A stretch of DNA of 64,000 nucleotides, from NCBI GenBank assembly GCA_041163625.1, contig JBEARB010000330.1, positions 10,194-74,193 of the forward strand. Direction: 5' to 3'. The position numbers and the translations under genes were made by a program. Every line of letters begins with the position of its first letter. Position 1 is the first letter of the stretch. The notes below the pieces were generated by a model, which made no database searches, was not told the DNA's origin, and saw only the letters and a list, made by a program, of their open reading frames with translations. This stretch comes from Pseudomonadota bacterium (GTDB lineage Bacteria > Myxococcota_A > UBA9042). Below are positions 29,170 through 37,244 of this stretch, piece after piece.

Positions 29170-30960
29170 TCAGGGCAAGCCGCGGACCAGTCGAAAACCG
29201 GGCAGCCGACGCTGTTCGCCGGCCTTGAGGACGAGCTTGCGCGTCTCCTCGCGGCCGCTGATTGGGTCGCGGACCCGCAGCGTGCGCTCGCCCGCCGCGA
29301 TACCGAGCGCGTGCACGCCGTCCGAGCCGCTGCCGCCGGCGACCTTGCGGCCATCGACGTACACCTCGGCGTCGGCCGGCACGACGCGGAAGCGGACCTC
29401 GGCGCGGGCCACGCGAGCGGCACCGCGCCGCCCGGCGCTCGGCGCGGCCGGGCGCTCGGGCTCGCCGGCGCCAGCGGCGTCGGCCGAGGCGATGGCGCCG
29501 GCATCGGCGGCAGCAGCGGTCGCCGCGGCATCGACCGCGACCGGCTCGGCGAGCGCGGCACCGGCGTCCGGCTCGAGGGCGACGCGCGTCGCGGCCGCAG
29601 GCGCGCTGGTGATCTCGGCGATCGACACGGCGCCGGCATCGGGGTCGACCGCGACGCCGGCATCGGGCGCCGGCGCGGCGACGGCGTCGGCGAGTGCGGC
29701 GACGACGCCGTCGGCCCCGTCGGCCCCGGGCGCGGAAGCGGACGGCCCGCCGCCGCGCGTCCCCAGCCACCAGCCAACGGTGCCGGCGAGCAACAAGGCG
29801 ATGCTGGCCGCGAACAGCGTCCGTCGACGCACTTCGATGGTGCGCGCGCCGCGCAGGGCGGTCGTGTCGGGTCCGAGCGCCGGTGCGGGGCCCGCCGGCA
29901 AGGGCGAGAGCGCCGCCGCCAACTCCGGCGCGTCGGACGCCTTGGGCAACGCCAAACCGGGCAGACTGACGGTGCCGGTCGCCTCACCGGCCCCGCCGCT
30001 GCCGCCGTCGAGTAGGCCGGCGAGCGTGGCGTCGAACCCCTGCGCCTCGGCGTCCAGGCGCTCGAAGGCGGGTGCGAGCCGCTCGGCCAGGGAGCGTTCG
30101 GGGGTGGCGGCGCCCCGCTCGACCAAGATCTGCGCGACGGCCTCGGCGACCTCGGCGGCGTCGGCCGGACGGGCTTCGGGCGAGCGCGCCACCATGCGCC
30201 CGATCAGATCACGGGTCGGCGCGCTGACGCCGTTGTGCTCGAGCGCGACAAGGCGCGCGGGCAGGTTGGCCCACGCCGTCTCCAAGCCGGCCGCATCGAT
30301 CACCTCGAGCGCGCGCTCGGCGGTGAGCAACTCGAAGGCGCAAAGCCCGAGCGAAAAGAGGTCTGCGCGCGGATCGGCCTTCGCTGGATCGAGGTGCTCC
30401 GGCGCCATGTAGGGCAGCTTGCCGCGCAGCGAACCGGCCTCGCGCCGCGCCATCATCGCCGTACGGGCGACGCCAAAATCGACCAGCTTCACCAGCCCGT
30501 CGCGACGGACCATCAGGTTCGACGGCGTCACGTCGTAGTGCACGATGCCGAGGGGCTTGCCGTCCGGACCGTGGTGGGTCGCGGCGTGGTGCAGCGCGGC
30601 GGCGGCGGCGGCCAGCACGGCCAGCACCGAGACTTCGTCGAGCGGCCGGCCGAGGGCACGGAAGAGGGCGCGCAGATCGTGGCCGACGACCATCTCGATC
30701 GCCAGGAACCAGGTCCCGTCCTCGACGCCGAGGTCCAAGATCTGCGCGATGTTCGGATGATCCAGCGCCTCGAGCAGCCGGCCCTCGGCGACCAGCAGCT
30801 CGACCAGGCGTTGATCCGCCGCCAGTTCGGGCCGCAGCGTCTTGATCACCAGCCGCTTCGCGAAGCCGGCGGCACCCGGCGCTTCCGCCAGCCAGACCTC
30901 GCCCATGCCTCCGGTCGCGAGGTGACGGACGAGCCGATAGCGACCGAAGGCGCGGCTCAG
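29170..30960 (-). CDS. Hanks-type Ser/Thr protein kinase with TM segment and Ala-rich C-terminal region
   Basis: Kinase subdomains (LATGGMGEVW, AIEMVVGHDL, HYDVTPSNLM, DFGVAR, PYMAPE). Probable CTG start at 30958-30960 with GGAGG 6 nt upstream. No in-frame ATG exists upstream of the Gly loop outside the neighbouring gene. Confidence 0.75.
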   Translation of the reverse strand: MSRAFGRYRLVRHLATGGMGEVWLAEAPGAAGFAKRLVIKTLRPELAADQRLVELLVAEGRLLEALDHPNIAQILDLGVEDGTWFLAIEMVVGHDLRALFRALGRPLDEVSVLAVLAAAAAALHHAATHHGPDGKPLGIVHYDVTPSNLMVRRDGLVKLVDFGVARTAMMARREAGSLRGKLPYMAPEHLDPAKADPRADLFSLGLCAFELLTAERALEVIDAAGLETAWANLPARLVALEHNGVSAPTRDLIGRMVARSPEARPADAAEVAEAVAQILVERGAATPERSLAERLAPAFERLDAEAQGFDATLAGLLDGGSGGAGEATGTVSLPGLALPKASDAPELAAALSPLPAGPAPALGPDTTALRGARTIEVRRRTLFAASIALLLAGTVGWWLGTRGGGPSASAPGADGADGVVAALADAVAAPAPDAGVAVDPDAGAVSIAEITSAPAAATRVALEPDAGAALAEPVAVDAAATAAAADAGAIASADAAGAGEPERPAAPSAGRRGAARVARAEVRFRVVPADAEVYVDGRKVAGGSGSDGVHALGIAAGERTLRVRDPISGREETRKLVLKAGEQRRLPGFRLVRGLP

Positions 30961-30979
30961 GAGTGGCCTCCGCGCCCGC

Positions 30980-31837
30980 TCAGGCGACCGCGAGTCGGGC
31001 CGTGAGCCAGTCTCGCAGCGCAGCGAGCGGCCGGTCGCGCTCGCCGGCGGGCTCGTTGAAGAGCTCGTGGTAGAAGCCCTCGAAGACCTCGATGGTGCGG
31101 TCATCGGCGGCGACGCTGGCGAAATAGCGCTGGCCGACCTCGGGGTCGACGACCTGGTCGCCCGTCCCGATCAACGCGAGCAGCGGCACGTCGACGCGGA
31201 GCGGTGCCGCCAGGACATGCTGCTGCGCGGCCAGGAATTCGGCCCCCCAGCGGGTGGTGCCGGCGCCGAAGATCGCGGGATCCGACTCGTAGTCGCGGAC
31301 CGAAGCCGGGTCGCGGCTGATGTGCGACGCCGGGATGCCGACCGGCAACGCGACCGTCGGCAGCAGGCGCGAGAGCGTCTTCGCGGCGACGACCTTCCAG
31401 CCCGGAACCTCGACCGATGCGGCGAGCGCGGGATTCGAGAGCACGATTCCCGCCACCGGCAACGCGCGCTCACGCAAGGCATACGAGACCACCAAGCCCC
31501 CCTGCGAGTGCCCGAGCAGGTAGGGCACACGACCGGCCTCGGCGCGGACATGGTCGATGACCTGTCGCAGATCGGCAGCGTAGTCGGCGAAGGCGTCGAC
31601 GTGACCGCGCCGGCCACCCGAGGCACCGTGGCCACGCGCGTCGTACAGGAAGGTGTCGATGCCGGCGGCCGACATCGCCTCGACGAGGTTGCCGTACCGC
31701 CCCATATGCTCGGCGAAGCCGTGATGGACGACCAAGGTCGCGGCCGAGTCGGCGACGCGGTTCCAACGCCAAGCGAGACGCAAGCCGTCGCGGGCGACGA
31801 GTCGCCCTTCACGGGTTTCGATCGAGGTGGTGCTCAT
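30980..31837 (-). CDS. alpha/beta hydrolase (lysophospholipase / monoacylglycerol-lipase-like)
   Basis: Start at MSTTSIETREG with GGAG 5 nt upstream. Nucleophile elbow GHSQGG. HGxxE and a C-terminal FYHELFNE motif. Confidence 0.75.
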   Translation of the reverse strand: MSTTSIETREGRLVARDGLRLAWRWNRVADSAATLVVHHGFAEHMGRYGNLVEAMSAAGIDTFLYDARGHGASGGRRGHVDAFADYAADLRQVIDHVRAEAGRVPYLLGHSQGGLVVSYALRERALPVAGIVLSNPALAASVEVPGWKVVAAKTLSRLLPTVALPVGIPASHISRDPASVRDYESDPAIFGAGTTRWGAEFLAAQQHVLAAPLRVDVPLLALIGTGDQVVDPEVGQRYFASVAADDRTIEVFEGFYHELFNEPAGERDRPLAALRDWLTARLAVA

Positions 31838-31983
31838 GGGCGCTCCGCATGGCCCGGGTCCGGGGCAGCGGGAGGGTAGGACGCGACCGAGCCCGCGGCA
31901 AGACGCGTTGCGGGGGGCCGCCGCATGTTGCAGGATCGCGGACGCAGCCGGCAGCATCCGGCACAAGCCCACGGATTCGCCTC

Positions 31984-32982
31984 ATGCTGACCCGCTCGCC
32001 CCGCGGCCCGATCGGTCGATTCGCCTTCCTCACGATGGTCCTCGCCTTCGCGCAGGGCTGCGGGTTCTTCCAGGTCAGCGAGCAGACGGTCTCCTGCGAT
32101 CTGCTCACTCAATCGCAGTGCGCGCCCGACGAGGCGTGCGTCGCCCCGAACAACCCGCAATGCGCGGCGGCCGGCAGCAAGGCCGTCGGCGAGGCCTGCG
32201 TCACGCTCAACGACTGCAATCGGGACGGCATCTGCGTCGGGACCGACAACGAGCGCTTCTGCCGCCAACGCTGCGACCTCAACAGCCCGTCGTGTGGCGA
32301 CGGCGAGACCTGCGTCACCGGCACGAACGGAGCCAACCCGTCGGGATTCGGCGTCTGCGTCCCGTTGGCCTGCGATCCGGTGCAGCAGACCGGCTGCAAG
32401 GAGGGTCTCCGCTGCATCCCGGGGCCGGTGCCGCAGTGCAGCGGCGTCGTCGGCGTCGCCATCGAGGGCTCGAGTTGCGCGAGCAGCGAGAGCTGCAAGA
32501 CGGGCTTGGTCTGCGCCCAGTCGGGCACCGACGCCAACGGCAAACCCAAGAGCGTGTGCATCTCGATCTGCGACGCGGCGGCGTCGCCGACGACCTGTGG
32601 CGAGGACTACGTCTGCCAGGCGCTGCTCGACGGCAACGGCTTCAGCCTACCGGCGAATCAGGGCACCTGCGTGCTCGAGCACTGCAATGCGCTCACCGAT
32701 CTGGGCTGCGAGGACAGCCAGAAGTGCTACGCGGCGCCCAAGCCGGTCTGCGGCTTCCCGGGCAACAACACGCTCGGTCAGGCCTGCGAGAAGGTGATCG
32801 ACTGCGGCATCGGCTTGGTGTGCTTCCAGACGGCCGACGGGCAGCGCCTCTGCCGCGCGAAGTGCGATACGTCCGGCGCCAACGCCGATTTTGCGTGTCC
32901 GAGCGGCGAGGCGTGCTTCGCCATCAAGGACAGCACCGGCTCCGAGTTGCCGAATGACGTCGGCTATTGCCGCTTGCCATGA
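31984..32982 (+). CDS. cysteine-rich repeat lipoprotein (myxobacterial Cys-rich repeat type)
   Basis: Lipobox (FLTMVLAFAQGC). Six or seven ~45-aa units, each with 4 Cys (C..DE.C..... C...G.C pattern). Confidence 0.65.
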   Translation: MLTRSPRGPIGRFAFLTMVLAFAQGCGFFQVSEQTVSCDLLTQSQCAPDEACVAPNNPQCAAAGSKAVGEACVTLNDCNRDGICVGTDNERFCRQRCDLNSPSCGDGETCVTGTNGANPSGFGVCVPLACDPVQQTGCKEGLRCIPGPVPQCSGVVGVAIEGSSCASSESCKTGLVCAQSGTDANGKPKSVCISICDAAASPTTCGEDYVCQALLDGNGFSLPANQGTCVLEHCNALTDLGCEDSQKCYAAPKPVCGFPGNNTLGQACEKVIDCGIGLVCFQTADGQRLCRAKCDTSGANADFACPSGEACFAIKDSTGSELPNDVGYCRLP

Positions 32983-34433
32983 CCCACACCGTCCGTTGCC
33001 TCGCGCTGTGCCTGGTCGTCGGCGCGCTCACGGGCTGCGCGGTGCATCTGCGCGCGCCCGAGCCCGACCTCGGTCCGCGGGGTAGTCCTGCCCCTCCGGC
33101 GACATCGACGGTGGTCACGGCGCTGCACCTCGGTCCCGAGTCGCTCGGCGCCCTGCTCGACGCCGCGACAGCCGAGCCTGCGCGCTACGGTCAGAGCTCC
33201 GCGATACTCGGCGGCTGGTCGCTCCTGGTCGAGCGCGCCGGCGCCATCGGCGTGCGGGGCCGCGACGACCAGCTCTGCTTCGAGGTGCCCTTCCGCGGGC
33301 GCGGCACGATCGAGGTCTTCGGTCGCCGCCTCGACAAGGCGCTCGAGGCGAAGCTGAGCGCGTGCGCGCGGCCGCGCCTCCTGGCGAACGCGCACCTGGC
33401 CTTCGACCGAGCCGAGGTCGCGCTGCGCGTCGGCGACGGCCGGGTGGAGATGTCGAGCCGTGTGCTCGCCGACGCCTTGGGCAAGCACCTACGGACGCTG
33501 GTCGAGCCGCGGGTGCAGCAGGCGCTCGAGCGAGTCGCGCTGCCGGTGGCCCCGTTGCTGCGTCGAACCACGCGCGCACTCACGACGCCGCGCGCGCTCG
33601 GGCAGGGGACGTGCCTGCGGCTACGCCCCGAGCGACTGCTGATCGGCCAACCCCAGGTCGAGGACGGCGGCCTACGGGTCGTCGGCGCCGCCGAGGTCCG
33701 ACCGACGATCGAAGTCCCCTGCACCGTCCCGCTGGCGGACGACGCGGCGAATCGCGCTGCCGACGACGCCGTGCCCATCGTGGCCAGCCCGGACCTCCGG
33801 CCGGGCCCGACGGTCTTGCTGATCCCGGTCGGGGTGGACACGGCGGCGCTCGGGCGCTCGGCCGAGCAGCACATGCGGGCGCGTGGCGCGATTCCGGTGC
33901 AAGGCGGAGCCATCTCGGTGCGCGGGGCGCGACTCGCGACGGCCCGCGACCACTTGCTCATCCGCGCCCAGATCGACGGCCAGGTGCAGGGCCATGTGCT
34001 GGGCATCGTGCCGGTGCGACGTGACGTCGACGGCGAGATCTTGGTCTGGGGCAAGCCGCGGCTCGGCGAGACTGCGGTCGAGCTCGCCGCGCCGCGCGTC
34101 GAGGTCCGCAGCGACGACGACGTCACCACCTGGGTCGCCGCCCTGGAGCGCGCCCGCCTGCAGGACGCCGCGGCGAAGGCCGTGCGCGTCGAGCTCGCAC
34201 CGTTGCTGCAGCGGGCCCGCAAGGCGCTCGACGAGCTGTCGGCCGGATTCCAGGTAGGCGACACGCGGCTGCCGGTCCGCGTCGACACCCGCTCGCTGGA
34301 CGCTGTGGCGGTGCGAGCAGACGCCGGCAACGTCGTGGTCGTCGTGCGCTTCGAAGGTCACGTGGTGCTCGGCGACCGCGCCGTGCAGACGCTCGCGCCG
34401 GCTCCGACCGCACCGCCGCGCCCGACCCGCTGA
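32979..34433 (+). CDS. hypothetical lipoprotein
   Basis: The ATG overlaps the upstream stop (ATGA). Lipobox (LVVGALTGCA). 484 aa, no recognised motif. Confidence 0.55.
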   Translation: MTHTVRCLALCLVVGALTGCAVHLRAPEPDLGPRGSPAPPATSTVVTALHLGPESLGALLDAATAEPARYGQSSAILGGWSLLVERAGAIGVRGRDDQLCFEVPFRGRGTIEVFGRRLDKALEAKLSACARPRLLANAHLAFDRAEVALRVGDGRVEMSSRVLADALGKHLRTLVEPRVQQALERVALPVAPLLRRTTRALTTPRALGQGTCLRLRPERLLIGQPQVEDGGLRVVGAAEVRPTIEVPCTVPLADDAANRAADDAVPIVASPDLRPGPTVLLIPVGVDTAALGRSAEQHMRARGAIPVQGGAISVRGARLATARDHLLIRAQIDGQVQGHVLGIVPVRRDVDGEILVWGKPRLGETAVELAAPRVEVRSDDDVTTWVAALERARLQDAAAKAVRVELAPLLQRARKALDELSAGFQVGDTRLPVRVDTRSLDAVAVRADAGNVVVVVRFEGHVVLGDRAVQTLAPAPTAPPRPTR

Positions 34434-34448
34434 GCGGGCTGCGATGCG

Positions 34449-35855
34449 CTATTTCGGCACGGCTGCGGGCTTTCCGGGCTTGTTCGAGGGCAGCTTGGCG
34501 GGCACGCCGGCGGGCGCGTCGGCCGTCGGCGGCGCAGCGGCCGCTGGCGTCGGCTCGGGCTCCGGCGCCGCCGCGTTCTCCTTGCCGAGGTCGGGCGATG
34601 CCGGCTCGACCGGCTCGGCAGCCGCCGCCGGCGGCGGAGCCGGCTGTCCCTCAGCGGCGGCCTCGGCCGGCGCCTCCGCGGCAGGGTTGGGCGGCGGCTC
34701 CTGCTCGAGCGCGAACAGCCCGGCGAGCTTGCGCTGACCGATCATCGCCTCCCAGCGGCCACGTCCGAGTTTGGCGTGGTCGGCGTCGAGGCGAATCCAA
34801 TCCGGTCCCGCGCCGCCCTGCAGGTGCACGTGGCGACCGTCGATCACGCCGACCAGCTTGACCGGCCCCGGGAAGGCCGGCGCCTTCTTCTTCGCGGGCG
34901 CCAGGGTCAGCGTGCCCTTGGCGTCGCCCTTGTCGACCTGCACTTCGATGCGACCGGAGAGCGGTCCCGACAGCGTGCCGCGATAGCGGCCGTTGGCGCG
35001 CTCGGTGGCGGCGACGGCGCGGGGATCGGGGCAGCGGCTCGAGCGCGCCTTGGCAACCTTGGCCGTGACGTCGTCGAACCGCGCCATCTCCAGTCCGAAC
35101 TGCGAGAAGCCGCGCGCGTCCATGCCGAAACGCCGAAAGATCTCGGCGGCGGCGCGGGCGTGAGCGACGGTATCGACCGGCCCGCCGGGCTTGCCGATCT
35201 GCTCACCGAGGCACGCGACATCGACGAACGCGCTGACATAGGCCTCGATCCGCTCGGCGGCGACCAACCCCAGCTTCGGCGAGAAGTGGCAGGTAGCGAC
35301 GGCGTCGTCCACCGCCCGCACGACCTTCGGGTAGGCCTGGGCCTTCTCCACGGCGGTCACGTATCGGGCGAGGAAGGGATCGTCGTCGCGCGGCGCGACG
35401 CGACCGCCGGGGGTGTACACGGCCGCCGGAATCCCGGTCTCGGTCGCCTGATTTGCCGGATCGACCGGGGCGATCTTGCCGAGCTCGGCGGCGCGATCTG
35501 CGGCCCCGACGTCACGGGCGACGCCCGCCAGGGCGAGCTTGCGGGCCCGCGCCACGGCCTCGGGGTCCTGCATCGGTCGGCCCGCCAGTTGATCGACCGC
35601 CAGCGTGCGGGCGTCCGCCTCGGAGGCACCGAAGCGCTGCGCGCAGCGCGCGAGCGTGTGCGCGGCCACGAAAGCGTCGACGGGGATACCCAGCTCCGGC
35701 TCGGCCTCGGCTTCGGGCGCGGCGGCCTCGGTCGGCGCCGCCGCCTCGGGCTTCTCGGCTTCGGTCGGCTTCGGCGCATCCTTGCCACAGGCAGGGAAAG
35801 CGACGGTCGCGAGCGAGAGAACCGTCGCGCGGAACTTGCGGGAGAGCCGGGCCAT
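34449..35855 (-). CDS. hypothetical lipoprotein with Pro/Ala/Glu-rich C-terminal tail
   Basis: Start at MARLSRKFRATVLSLATVAFPAC with GGAGGA 7 nt upstream. 468 aa. The upstream part of the track ORF is a GC shadow. Confidence 0.6.
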   Translation of the reverse strand: MARLSRKFRATVLSLATVAFPACGKDAPKPTEAEKPEAAAPTEAAAPEAEAEPELGIPVDAFVAAHTLARCAQRFGASEADARTLAVDQLAGRPMQDPEAVARARKLALAGVARDVGAADRAAELGKIAPVDPANQATETGIPAAVYTPGGRVAPRDDDPFLARYVTAVEKAQAYPKVVRAVDDAVATCHFSPKLGLVAAERIEAYVSAFVDVACLGEQIGKPGGPVDTVAHARAAAEIFRRFGMDARGFSQFGLEMARFDDVTAKVAKARSSRCPDPRAVAATERANGRYRGTLSGPLSGRIEVQVDKGDAKGTLTLAPAKKKAPAFPGPVKLVGVIDGRHVHLQGGAGPDWIRLDADHAKLGRGRWEAMIGQRKLAGLFALEQEPPPNPAAEAPAEAAAEGQPAPPPAAAAEPVEPASPDLGKENAAAPEPEPTPAAAAPPTADAPAGVPAKLPSNKPGKPAAVPK

Positions 35856-36035
35856 GGAGATCCTCCGGACGTTCGCCCCGATCGGGCGAGCGGAGCGTAT
35901 CGAGGACGTGCGCGAGGGGAAGTGCCAGCCGTGCTGACGACACGCGAACCGGAGCGAGCATGCCACCCGGTGCCGGGCCGCGTAAAGCCGACCGGCCACG
36001 GGCGCCGAGCGACGGTCGCGGCGGTCGGCTGGCTG

Positions 36036-36413
36036 ATGTCTGCGCTGCTCGTGGGCTGCGCGTCCACGCCCCTCGAACCACTGCAGGTCGAACCGCTCGG
36101 TCGCCACACCGTCGAGGTCGGAGAGGCTTGGATCTGGCCGCTCACGATTCGCGGAGCCGAGCTCCCGATGCAGGTCGAGGTCGTCCAGGGCCCGGCATCG
36201 CTTCAGGTGATGACGCCGACGACCACGCCGACGCTCGGCTGGCAGCCGACCGTCCTGGATCTCGCCCCGACACCGGTCGGCGTCCCCCGCGCCCCGGGCG
36301 CGGAACGCAGCGTCGAAGTCCGCGTGCGCGATGCATCCGGCCGCAGCGCGTCGGCGAGCGGGACGGTGCGCGCGGTGCCGGCCAGCGTGGCGTTCGAGCC
36401 GGCGGTGCCGTAG
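36036..36413 (+). CDS. small putative lipoprotein (Ig-like?)
   Basis: MSALLVGCASTP.... It follows a 180-bp divergent intergenic region and ends 10 nt before the next gene. The N-region is weak, so the call is uncertain. Confidence 0.35.
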   Translation: MSALLVGCASTPLEPLQVEPLGRHTVEVGEAWIWPLTIRGAELPMQVEVVQGPASLQVMTPTTTPTLGWQPTVLDLAPTPVGVPRAPGAERSVEVRVRDASGRSASASGTVRAVPASVAFEPAVP

Positions 36414-36422
36414 AGTCCGCGC

Positions 36423-37244
36423 ATGACGCCACCCGCCCGCGCCATCGCCACGCCTACGCTGCCCCGTCGCGACGCCCTCCGACGCCTCGTCGGACTCGGC
36501 GCGTGGCTCGCTTGGCCGCATGCCGCAGCAGCCGCCGAGCGCACCGGACCGTCGAGCGTGCTTCGCCTGGGCAACCTCCGGATCAGCGAGCGCGATCACG
36601 ACCTGCGCAGCGGGCTGGACAATCTCGCCGCCGAGGTCCGCATGCGCACCAGCATCGAGACGGCACACCGCTCGCTGCGCGTGGATCTGCGCAGCGACAA
36701 CGTCTTCGAGGCGCCGGTCCTGTTCTGGGCACCGACCGACGGCGCTCGCCCGAACGAGTCCGAGCTCGGGCGACTGCGCGAGCACCTCTCGGCGGGCGGA
36801 CTGCTCTGGATCGACGACGCGTCGGCAAGCGGCCCGTCGGCCACGGTCGACGCGGCCGTACGCGAGCTGGTCGCGCGCCTGTTCGGTCGTCCGCTGGTCG
36901 CGGTGCCGCCGCGTGACGTGGTGTTCCGGACCTTCTACCGCTTGGACGAACCGGTCGGTCGGCGGGCGGACGTCAAGGCGCTGGAAGGGCTCCGAGTCGG
37001 TCGCCGGTGGGCGATCCTCTACGGGCGCGACGACCTGCTCGGTGCGTTCCGGCGCGCCGCGTCCGGCGGTCCGGCAGCGCCGGTGGTGCCAGGCGGGGAA
37101 GCACAACGGGAGATGGCCTATCGGCTCGGCATCAACCTGCTGATGTACGCCCTCTGCCTGGACTACAAGGACGATCACACCCACGTGCAGACCCTGCTGC
37201 GGCGCCGCCGCGGACGCCCGGGAGGCGGTCGGCGTGCTCCCTGA
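36423..37244 (+). CDS. Tat-secreted protein, DUF4159-like
   Basis: Twin-arginine signal (RRDALRRLVGLGAWLAWPHAAAA). The conserved core (LLWIDDASASG...ILYGRDDLLGAF...LMYALCLDYKDD) resembles DUF4159, which is often found beside MoxR/VWA genes. Confidence 0.55.
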   Translation: MTPPARAIATPTLPRRDALRRLVGLGAWLAWPHAAAAAERTGPSSVLRLGNLRISERDHDLRSGLDNLAAEVRMRTSIETAHRSLRVDLRSDNVFEAPVLFWAPTDGARPNESELGRLREHLSAGGLLWIDDASASGPSATVDAAVRELVARLFGRPLVAVPPRDVVFRTFYRLDEPVGRRADVKALEGLRVGRRWAILYGRDDLLGAFRRAASGGPAAPVVPGGEAQREMAYRLGINLLMYALCLDYKDDHTHVQTLLRRRRGRPGGGRRAP

